Shown here one piece after another: positions 17,386 to 24,814 of a stretch of DNA of 32,000 nucleotides (positions are counted from its first letter, which is position 1; each line of letters starts with the position of its first letter). The notes under the pieces are model-generated. The model searched no databases and was not told the origin of the DNA. It saw only the letters and a list, made by a program, of their open reading frames with translations. The position numbers and the translations under genes are program-made. Origin of the DNA: Nitrosococcus oceani ATCC 19707 (GTDB lineage: Bacteria > Pseudomonadota > Gammaproteobacteria > Nitrosococcales > Nitrosococcaceae); the NCBI RefSeq assembly GCF_000012805.1, contig NC_007484.1, positions 1,830,001-1,862,000 of the forward strand, given 5' to 3'.

Positions 17386-17432
17386 GGAGTCGGACGTCCG
17401 ACTCCAGGATAGAGCAGGGATAATTCTGCTCT
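17386..17432. repeat. perfect 20-bp palindrome plus adjacent 7-bp-stem hairpin
   Basis: GGAGTCGGACGTCCGACTCC (17386-17405) is a perfect palindrome centred on GACGTC. Five nt later comes AGAGCAG(17411-17417)-GGATAATT-CTGCTCT(17426-17432). Confidence 0.9.
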
Positions 17433-18000
17433 TCGAGCTTAAAAAGCTAATGTGTGACGATTATCATTTTATGTCCATATTATTCCTTTCCTGAATGATC
17501 GCAAGCTGCCCCCGTTCTTTGTGGTAACAGGGGTAGAGAAAATTTGCTAGCCGGTTTTTTCCTCTCCCTGCGTTTACTAGTTCGTTGCCGACTGGGCCGC
17601 TACACTACTTTTTCCTTGGACGATATTTGGTACCTTTGTAGACCCCTACGAATCTAACTCACGATAACTTAGCTTATCGTAGGTTTATTTTCATACGAAA
17701 TTCTTAGTGACATAGCATTATAATGTGTAATATTTTGTATTATGTAATAAAATACCTTATAACATGTGCTCCAGCGAATCTCCATGAAGGGGAGTGCTAA
17801 ACCTTAGCCCAGACCCATCAAGTAAAAAAGCAAAAGGCTAAGGATACAAGAGAAGATAGAAGCGTTGACGGCATCACACCAAAAAGCGGAGGGCAAAATA
17901 GAAGGGAGGCAAAGCGAAAACTGGACCTTGGCCCAGGAACTATAAGAGAAAATTCAAGACTAATTTTAAGCGGGGATTATTGCAAGAGATAACTTATAAG

Positions 18001-18492
18001 ATGAGAGTGAAAACACCGTTTAAAATACCTCACCATTTTTTTGTCATCTTGGTTATTTTTTCATTTATGGCAATACCTACCGCAATTGCTGACATTACTG
18101 GCTATGCGATGGTACAAAAGGATGGCTCACTGAGAATGAGCAGAGGAATAATTCGTCTCTATGGCATTTACATTCCCTTTACGGAAACAACCTGCCGCTC
18201 ATTTTTGCAACCAAGGCGTTGTATGCCACAGGCTGCCTTAGCTCTAGACTTCAAAATTCAGGGATTTATCCACTGCAAGGAACAGGGGATCAATCAAGAT
18301 GGTAGTATCAGCGCCATTTGCCACGCGAATTATACTTCCGTTTCCATGGGGGAAGATCTCGCATCTTACCTACTAAGGCAAGGTTGGGCGCTAGCCTTGC
18401 CTTATGCTCCCTTCGAGTATCACGCACTTGAAAGAATTGCACGGTATAAAGGCTTCGGGATATGGGGATTTCCTGATACGATTATCCGGTAA
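18001..18492 (+). CDS. exported SNase-like (thermonuclease-fold) protein with non-canonical active-site residues
   Basis: The signal/anchor segment is HHFFVILVIFSFMAIPTAIA. The C-terminal LLRQGWALALPY...ERIARYKGFGIWG resembles the ALVRQGLA...NIW end of staphylococcal nuclease. The core IRLYGIYIPFTE aligns to FRLLLVDTPETK. ATG 18001 is preferred over TTG 17980. Confidence 0.5.
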   Translation: MRVKTPFKIPHHFFVILVIFSFMAIPTAIADITGYAMVQKDGSLRMSRGIIRLYGIYIPFTETTCRSFLQPRRCMPQAALALDFKIQGFIHCKEQGINQDGSISAICHANYTSVSMGEDLASYLLRQGWALALPYAPFEYHALERIARYKGFGIWGFPDTIIR

Positions 18493-18515
18493 TTTTTCCT
18501 GAATAACTCTCTTCT

Positions 18516-18546
18516 GGAAAGACCCCGGAAAATACGAGGTCTTTCC
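18516..18546. terminator. hairpin between convergent genes (candidate bidirectional terminator)
   Basis: GGAAAGACC(18516-18524), a 13-nt loop, then GGTCTTTCC(18538-18546), forming a perfect 9-bp stem. It lies between the SNase-like stop (18492) and the yccA-like stop (18575). There is no strong U-tract on either side. Confidence 0.4.
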
Positions 18547-18574
18547 TTGAACTCGAAGTGGTTTAATTGAGAAA

Positions 18575-19243
18575 CTACTCATCACCACCAAAAATTCCTA
18601 AGAGATGTAACAGACTTAGGAATAAGTTATAAATCGCCACATACAGACCGACAGCGGCCATGATATAGTTAGTTTCGCCCCCATTAACAAGTAGGCTGGT
18701 CTGAAACAAAATAAAGCCTGACATTAACAGGATAAACATAGCAGAAACGGCCAAAGATAAAGCGGGAATTTGGAATAACATAGCAGCTAGTCCCGCAAGG
18801 AAGGCCACTAAAATACCTACCATCAGAAAACCGCCAATAAAGCTGAAGTCTTTACGGGTTGTTAGGGCATAGCCTGAAAGACCGAAGAAAATAACGCCAG
18901 TACCCCCTAGTGCGAGCATCACTGTTTCATGACCATTAGGTAGACCCAGATAAAAATTAAGAATGGGCCCTAATGTATAGCCCATAAATCCGGTAAGAGC
19001 AAAGATAGCCGCTAATCCCCATGCGCTATTGCGTAGCGCATTAGTCAGAAATAATAAACCGAAATAGCCTATCAATGTAATTACCCAATGCACAGGGGGG
19101 GCATTAACCGCCATGGCAACTCCTGCAGTGACAGCGCTAAAAAGCAGAGTTGCAGCAAGAAGGGTATAAGTATTACGCACCAATTTATTGGTTGTGGATA
19201 TCGAAGAGGTTTTCTGTAAAACTACTTGATTATTGTAACGCAT
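18575..19243 (-). CDS. Bax inhibitor-1/YccA family membrane protein
   Basis: 222 aa with 7 TM helices. The N-terminal polar segment is followed by NKLVRNTYTLLAATLLFSAV, and the C-terminus is charged (GGDE), typical of YccA/YbhL-type BI-1 proteins. Confidence 0.85.
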   Translation of the reverse strand: MRYNNQVVLQKTSSISTTNKLVRNTYTLLAATLLFSAVTAGVAMAVNAPPVHWVITLIGYFGLLFLTNALRNSAWGLAAIFALTGFMGYTLGPILNFYLGLPNGHETVMLALGGTGVIFFGLSGYALTTRKDFSFIGGFLMVGILVAFLAGLAAMLFQIPALSLAVSAMFILLMSGFILFQTSLLVNGGETNYIMAAVGLYVAIYNLFLSLLHLLGIFGGDE

Positions 19244-19375
19244 CGCATCATCCTTACTCTAAAATTAGGAGTTTCGCCAAGTGTGACAACCGCTTAGCGG
19301 TTTAGTTCTTAGCTTACTAGTTTTATTAAAAATAGCAATAGTTGAGTTTCTTTGTTATCTTTATGACGATTATTT

Positions 19376-19465
19376 GGAGGGCTGGCCGAGAGGTTGAAGG
19401 CGCTGGTCTTGAAAACCAGAAGGGGCGAAAGCCCCTCCAGGGTTCGAATCCCTGGCCCTCCGCCA
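19376..19465 (+). tRNA. tRNA-Ser(UGA)
   Basis: GGAGGGCTGGCCGAGAGGTTGAAGGCGCTGGTCTTGAAAACCAGAAGGGGCGAAAGCCCCTCCAGGGTTCGAATCCCTGGCCCTCCGCCA. It is a class II tRNA with anticodon arm CTGGT-CT-TGA-AA-ACCAG, variable arm GGGGC-GAAA-GCCCC and an encoded CCA. Confidence 0.95.
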
Positions 19466-19487
19466 TACGGAGGATAGTAAAATTTAA

Positions 19488-20375
19488 CTATGCAAAAGAC
19501 ATATAACGATGGGCCCGGATTGTTAAGAGAAAGGGAGTAGTTTCAATGGTGGCGTCATTACGCCGTAGCCGTGACCCTGGTAACGGTGGCTCCTCTGGAA
19601 GAGGCCGAAGACGAGGAAGGCGATCATAGCGAGTTGACGGATAAAAAATAGGTAATACCGCCCGTTTTTGTCCCCGTCGCGTTGTTTTCTTTTCTATAGT
19701 CCAGGCAATATTAGCGCGAGGATGAATATGAGGAGGGTTAACAATAGCTAGACGCTCATTAGAAACAAGTCGATCTAAGCGAGATAAATCAGCTTTAATT
19801 AATACAGGGTTACCCTGGACCTTTTCAAGACGTGCCTCTAAGCGTCGTCGAGCTTCTTCTATATCAATGCTCTCAATTTTTGGCAAACGGCTCCAAATAA
19901 AACTTACTGACTCAGGCGTTTGTTCTAAAATCACGAATTTTCGTGTCGCCTGCCGCCTATGTAAGCGTGCATGCCCCAAAGATGCGAGAGCAATTTTAAT
20001 TAGAGGTCGTAATAAGAAAGTACCCGTTTCTTGATTTTGTTCTTCGATTTTAATTCCATCTATACTTTTTAGAGCCTTTTGTAAATCAGCTTTAGCTTGA
20101 TTAGCATGGCGGATAGCCTCTAAAGTAGCACAAGAAACGCCAACTAAGGCAGGGCAAATACGGGTAGAAACTGGATCCTGGCCATCCCGATAATCAATTG
20201 CAGTAACTATTTGACGAACTTGTAGGCGGGCTTTAGAAGGATCTTTCTCATGCCAGACCCATAGAGGATAGCTTTCTTCTTCTTTTAATAGCCGATCAAG
20301 TACTCCTAATTGAGCCTCTAAGTGATGCATCGCAGTAGCAAGAGTAGCACGGAGCTGGCTATTTACATTGTTCAT
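19488..20375 (-). CDS. hypothetical basic protein; possible distant Tus-like (replication terminus site-binding) protein
   Basis: 295-aa ORF with an ATG start. It is rich in Arg/Lys and of similar length to E. coli Tus (309 aa). There are collinear weak matches to remembered Tus blocks (see findings). The confidence given is for a real CDS; for the Tus-like function I would put about 0.3. Confidence 0.65.
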   Translation of the reverse strand: MNNVNSQLRATLATAMHHLEAQLGVLDRLLKEEESYPLWVWHEKDPSKARLQVRQIVTAIDYRDGQDPVSTRICPALVGVSCATLEAIRHANQAKADLQKALKSIDGIKIEEQNQETGTFLLRPLIKIALASLGHARLHRRQATRKFVILEQTPESVSFIWSRLPKIESIDIEEARRRLEARLEKVQGNPVLIKADLSRLDRLVSNERLAIVNPPHIHPRANIAWTIEKKTTRRGQKRAVLPIFYPSTRYDRLPRLRPLPEEPPLPGSRLRRNDATIETTPFLLTIRAHRYMSFA

Positions 20376-20384
20376 AATAATATT

Positions 20385-20417
20385 ATAGTAATACTATTTA
20401 ACATAATATGTATTATG
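20385..20417. promoter_or_regulatory. two perfect palindromes in the divergent promoter region (candidate operators)
   Basis: ATAGTA-A-TACTAT (20385-20397) and CATAATA-TG-TATTATG (20402-20417). Both lie in the 83-nt AT-rich spacer between the 295-aa orphan (start 20375, minus) and the aminotransferase (start 20459, plus). Confidence 0.35.
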
Positions 20418-20458
20418 CGAACATTTATTAAAATAAAATTAAAGGACCTATTCAATCT

Positions 20459-21592
20459 ATGAAAAAAGATTACTCAGACCAGTTTCCCCAGAAAAAAGGG
20501 ATTATATATCTTAATCACGCGGCTGTTGCACCTTGGCCTCGCAGAACCGCTGCAGCGGTTAAAAACTTCGCTGAGGAAAATGTCATTATAGGGGCTTTGC
20601 GTTACCCTCAATGGCTGGAGACGGAAAAAAAACTACGGAAATTAGCCCGCCTCCTAATTAATGCCCCCTCAGCAGATGATATTGCCTTAATTAAAAATAC
20701 TTCAGAAGGCTTATCTATCGTTGCTAGCGGCTTAGACTGGCAAGCTGGCGATAATATCGTCACGAGCAATCAAGAATTTCCCTCTAATCTTATTCCTTGG
20801 CAAGCATTAGCAAAACGGGGCGTCAAACTACGTGAAACAAATTTATCAGTAGAACCCACACCCGAGGACTCATTGTTAGCTCAAATAGACGAACAGACTC
20901 GCCTGCTGACTATCAGTTCAGTCCAATACGCATCAGGACTAAAGATGGATCTGGAAAAAATAGGCCAATTTTGCCGACAACGAAATATATTATTTTGTGT
21001 CGATGCCATTCAAAGTTTAGGATCGCTAAATTTTGACTGTCAAACTATTCATGCTGATTTTGTAATTGCTGATGGCCACAAATGGATGCTAGGTCCAGAA
21101 GGCATGGGAATATTTTACTGTCGCCCCGAAATAAAAGACCAATTACAGCTTCATCAGTTCGGATGGCACATGGTAGAAGCAATTGGAGATTACGACAACA
21201 AAGATTGGAGTATCGCCCGCTCCGCACGACGATTTGAATGTGGTAGCCTAAATATGATAGGTATTTTCGCGCTCAAAGAAAGCTTAGATTTATTAATTAA
21301 TCAAGTTAGCATAGCCCAAGTAGAGCAGGCAGTTCTTGCAAACACGGCTTATCTCGTTGAAAGAATCCAAACTGAACCGAAACTCCAATTATTATCCTCC
21401 AGTTCTCCAGATCGGTATTCCGGCATTGTTACCTTCAAACACAAGAAAGTAGACTCATCTATTCTCTATCACCACCTAATAGAGCAAGGAGTAATATGCG
21501 CTCTACGTGGAGGTGGTATTCGCTTTTCTCCCCATTTTTATACGCCCAGGACGGGGCTTGTACAAGCCTTAAATTTATGCCTGAACGTTTAA
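20459..21592 (+). CDS. aminotransferase class V-fold PLP-dependent enzyme (cysteine desulfurase/selenocysteine lyase-like)
   Basis: 377 aa. N-terminal IYLNHAAVAPWP and the PLP-lysine motif ADGHKWMLGPEGMG are present. The C-terminal VICALRGGGIRFSPHFY is typical of this subgroup. Confidence 0.85.
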   Translation: MKKDYSDQFPQKKGIIYLNHAAVAPWPRRTAAAVKNFAEENVIIGALRYPQWLETEKKLRKLARLLINAPSADDIALIKNTSEGLSIVASGLDWQAGDNIVTSNQEFPSNLIPWQALAKRGVKLRETNLSVEPTPEDSLLAQIDEQTRLLTISSVQYASGLKMDLEKIGQFCRQRNILFCVDAIQSLGSLNFDCQTIHADFVIADGHKWMLGPEGMGIFYCRPEIKDQLQLHQFGWHMVEAIGDYDNKDWSIARSARRFECGSLNMIGIFALKESLDLLINQVSIAQVEQAVLANTAYLVERIQTEPKLQLLSSSSPDRYSGIVTFKHKKVDSSILYHHLIEQGVICALRGGGIRFSPHFYTPRTGLVQALNLCLNV

Positions 21593-21646
21593 AACGTCAA
21601 TATAAACCAAGAGTATATTCCCTAATAGTACTTTTGCCTAACTCAG

Positions 21647-21805
21647 CTAATCACCTTTTGCCTTATCAATCTCAAGTTTTAGCAACTCTGGATTAACGAT
21701 TTGAGGTTTACCTCCGCCTCCTGTTTCCATAAAACCTATGCCAACCATTAGAAGAATAAATGCAGCCACACCTACAGCGATATAAATTAACTGCTTATCC
21801 ATCAT
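21647..21805 (-). CDS. candidate small single-pass membrane protein (52 aa; below the ORF-track cutoff)
   Basis: Hand translation gives MMDKQLIYIAVGVAAFILLMVGIGFMETGGGGKPQIVNPELLKLEIDKAKGD*. GGAG lies 2 nt (first ATG) or 5 nt (second ATG) upstream of the start. The ORF begins 41 nt downstream of the tatD stop on the same strand. It has one clean TM helix and a polar tail. Confidence 0.35.
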   Translation of the reverse strand: MMDKQLIYIAVGVAAFILLMVGIGFMETGGGGKPQIVNPELLKLEIDKAKGD

Positions 21806-21846
21806 AACTCCTATTTATTTATCAAATATACTTGATTAATTAGCAC

Positions 21847-22632
21847 TCAAGCAGGCAATGCTGCCTCAGAGAATAAGGAAAAGAAATTTTCTGTTGTTAA
21901 ATCTTCAAGATCCGCTAAGGAAATTTTCCGCAGATCTGCCATACATTGAGCCACATAGCGAACATAAGCGGGTCGATTGGGCGTACCCCGATGGGGTACT
22001 GGTGCTAAGTAAGGAGAATCGGTCTCTATTAGTAAACGATTAGATGGGATTTGGGTAGCTACTTTCCGCAAGACTCCTGCATTACGAAAGGTAATAATTC
22101 CAGAAAAGGAAATGTAAAATCCCAAATCTAAACCTTCTTTTGCCGTTTCCCAATCTTCTGTAAAACAGTGAAGGACCCCTCCTACTTCATCTGCGCCCTC
22201 CTCTTTCAGGATACGCACAGTATCTCTCTTAGCTTGTCTAGTATGTATAATGAGTGGTTTTCCGCATTCTTTTGCTGCTGCGATATGAATCCGCAACCGT
22301 TCACGCTGCCATGCCAGGTCCCCTTCGCTACGAAAATAGTCCAAGCCAGTTTCTCCAATTGCCACCACCTTTGGAGTAGCCGCTAATTCCAATAATTGCT
22401 CTACAGTAATCTTAACATCTTTACTAGCATTAGGGTGTATTCCGACGGAAACCGATATCTCAGCATATTCCTGCGCTAATGCACGAATATCAGGAAAAGT
22501 TTCTAAGTCTACTGACACGCATAGCATGTGGCTAATGCCTGCTTTTCGAGATTCCTCCATCACAGAATGTACTGAACCATCAAACGGAGTCAAATCAAGC
22601 AAATTCAAATGGCAATGAGAATCGACCAACAT
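21847..22632 (-). CDS. TatD family metal-dependent hydrolase (YcfH-type)
   Basis: 261 aa with MLVDSHCHL at the N-terminus and the IGETGLDY, LIIHTR, HCF and ETDSPYL motifs. It occupies the position downstream of holB, as E. coli ycfH does. Confidence 0.92.
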   Translation of the reverse strand: MLVDSHCHLNLLDLTPFDGSVHSVMEESRKAGISHMLCVSVDLETFPDIRALAQEYAEISVSVGIHPNASKDVKITVEQLLELAATPKVVAIGETGLDYFRSEGDLAWQRERLRIHIAAAKECGKPLIIHTRQAKRDTVRILKEEGADEVGGVLHCFTEDWETAKEGLDLGFYISFSGIITFRNAGVLRKVATQIPSNRLLIETDSPYLAPVPHRGTPNRPAYVRYVAQCMADLRKISLADLEDLTTENFFSLFSEAALPA

Positions 22633-22684
22633 AAAAGGCTATACCATCAATTTTATAAGGATATAGCATATATACTACCATTTA

Positions 22685-23056
22685 CTACATCGTATGAGTC
22701 GATTTTTCAGATTTAAGCATGCCTGCTAAATAAGTCTCGATTTTATTCCGAGCTGCACTACCATTGATATCATTAAACTGAATACCGATCCCTGCGGCGC
22801 GATTACTCTGAGCTCCTCTCGGAGTAATCCAAACCACCTTGCCCGCAACGGGAACCTTCTCTACCTCTTCCATTAAAGTAAGCAGCATAAAAACTTCATC
22901 CCCTATACAATAATTTCTATTGGTAGGGATAAATAAGCCTCCATTTCTAGTAAAAGGGATATAAGCATGGTAGAGAGCATTAATATCTTTAATGCTCAAA
23001 GATAATATACCTTGCCGAGGAGGTAAAGAAGAACTGGACTGATTAGGTATGCTCAT
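22685..23056 (-). CDS. pilZ: type IV pilus assembly protein PilZ
   Basis: 123 aa, closely collinear with P. aeruginosa PilZ (PA2960) as I recall it (GILSLSIKD, NGGLFIPT, GDEVFMLLTL, PVAGKVVWITPRGAQSNRAAGIGIQF, RNKIETYLAGML...THTM). The holB-pilZ-tatD order is the same as in Pseudomonas. Confidence 0.9.
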   Translation of the reverse strand: MSIPNQSSSSLPPRQGILSLSIKDINALYHAYIPFTRNGGLFIPTNRNYCIGDEVFMLLTLMEEVEKVPVAGKVVWITPRGAQSNRAAGIGIQFNDINGSAARNKIETYLAGMLKSEKSTHTM

Positions 23057-24059
23057 GATTAACCTTGCTAAAACATATTAACCACTGAATGAGTATTTCT
23101 TCTAGTAAGAGCTGAGGATTAATATTAATTTGCCCTTTCCATATTTCCCGATTGCAACTAGCCTTCTTTAACAAAGCAAAGAGCATTTCAAAAGATGCCC
23201 TTCGCGCAAGCAGTTGAAGCGAATTAGCAACATCGTGATTTACCAAAAATCTCTTGGAGACTCCGCTTCTGAGACGAATTGTATCTTCTACTAACGTAGA
23301 TATCCAATATAGCGGCTCTCCCAGGTTATCCTTAAGGCAACTTCTTACCATCTCAAAAAGATCCAATTTACCTTGAGTCAAAGAAAAAAGATTATTGATG
23401 AACTCCTTACGGTAGAATAAGAAATTCTGTTCTACATACTCTAAAGCCCGCAAAGGCCCCCCTCCGGATAACCTTAGCAAAGTTACCGCATCCAGATTCA
23501 TAGAAGGAGGGAGACGTTGCTGTAGCCACATTTTCACCTCTTGCGATTTAGAAATCGTAAAAAATAACTGTTGACAACGACTACGAATAGTGATCGGTAA
23601 GCGTAAGGACGCAGAGGTAATAAGAAGCAAAACGGTTCTACCAGGAGGTTCTTCTAAAATCTTAAGTAAACTATTAGCAGCACTCAAGGTCATTTCTTCG
23701 GCAGGATAAATAATAACTGTCTTAAATAATGATTGCCGTGCCTTAAGTGCTAGGTGGGAATGGAGTTGCCGGATCTGATTGACTGAGATCGTTTGCTTTC
23801 CTTCTCTGGGAAAGAGAGTCAAATTGTCAGGATGACTGCCGGCAAGCTGCAAGCGACATCCAGCACAAGAACCACAACCGTGGCCTCCTTTTTGCGGATA
23901 TTCACAGGATAGAGCCTGAATCAAGTTAGATGCAAAAGAGCGTTTTCCCATACCCTCTGGACCCATTAACAATATGGCGTGGGGCATACGTTTTGCAATT
24001 TGGGATGCCATAAGACTATTCCAATGCGATTGATGCCAAGGGTAAAATTCAGGCATCAC
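23043..24059 (-). CDS. holB: DNA polymerase III subunit delta'
   Basis: 338 aa. It has a degenerate AAA+ P-loop (LLMGPEGMGK), a zinc module (CGSCAGCRL) and the SRC motif (IRSRCQ). The start is GTG 24059 or ATG 24056, overlapping the tmk stop. Its 3' end overlaps the pilZ start by 14 nt. Confidence 0.9.
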   Translation of the reverse strand: MMPEFYPWHQSHWNSLMASQIAKRMPHAILLMGPEGMGKRSFASNLIQALSCEYPQKGGHGCGSCAGCRLQLAGSHPDNLTLFPREGKQTISVNQIRQLHSHLALKARQSLFKTVIIYPAEEMTLSAANSLLKILEEPPGRTVLLLITSASLRLPITIRSRCQQLFFTISKSQEVKMWLQQRLPPSMNLDAVTLLRLSGGGPLRALEYVEQNFLFYRKEFINNLFSLTQGKLDLFEMVRSCLKDNLGEPLYWISTLVEDTIRLRSGVSKRFLVNHDVANSLQLLARRASFEMLFALLKKASCNREIWKGQININPQLLLEEILIQWLICFSKVNHEHT

Positions 24060-24690
24060 GATTTTCTTCCAAGAATGCCATAATTACTTTCTGAATAGCT
24101 TCCTGCACCCTTGTTAAAGGTAGCGAAGAATCGATTAGGCGATATTGATCCGGATATTTTTTAGCTAAGGAAAGATAGATCGTACGGGCACGATCAAAAA
24201 AATCAATTTTTTCCTGTTCAAAGCGATCTAGTTGCTGGCAGCGAGTCGTGGCCCTTTGCAACCCAAGCCTCACGGGAACATCGAATAAAAGGATTAAATC
24301 CGGGCGTAAACAATTAAGAGCCCAGCTCTCAAGTTTTGCAATACGCGACAAAGGAAGCTCCCGCCCTCCCCCTTGGTAAGCATAGCTGGCACTTGTAAAA
24401 CGATCACAGAGAACCCACTTTCCCGCTGCTAGAGCAGGGAAAATCACTTGTTGCACGTGTTCTACACGGGCCGCAAACATCAATAGGAGCTCCGTATCGG
24501 CAGACATACCTTCTAGTCTCGGCGACAATAATAATTCCCGAATCTGTTCTCCCAAGAAAGTACCACCAGGTTCACGAGTAACAATAACATTTTTCTCTGT
24601 GCTCTGAAGTAACTGCTGAATAAATTTAAGCTGAGTACTTTTCCCGGCTCCCTCAATACCCTCAAGCACTATAAAACGACCTCTTCCCAT
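24049..24690 (-). CDS. tmk: dTMP (thymidylate) kinase
   Basis: 213 aa with the P-loop FIVLEGIEGAGKSTQ, the TREPGGT motif and the DRF motif (LCDRFTSASYAYQG). Confidence 0.95.
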   Translation of the reverse strand: MGRGRFIVLEGIEGAGKSTQLKFIQQLLQSTEKNVIVTREPGGTFLGEQIRELLLSPRLEGMSADTELLLMFAARVEHVQQVIFPALAAGKWVLCDRFTSASYAYQGGGRELPLSRIAKLESWALNCLRPDLILLFDVPVRLGLQRATTRCQQLDRFEQEKIDFFDRARTIYLSLAKKYPDQYRLIDSSLPLTRVQEAIQKVIMAFLEENRDA

Positions 24691-24814
24691 GGCTTTTTAA
24701 TCTATTAGAATAGAGATTGAGTCCAGTGTATAGTTTTGGAGCATGAAAACGAGATGCCGCAAAATCCAATGCCCTCAACAGACAGGCGAAAAAGAGAAGA
24801 ACGTGTTATTATGG

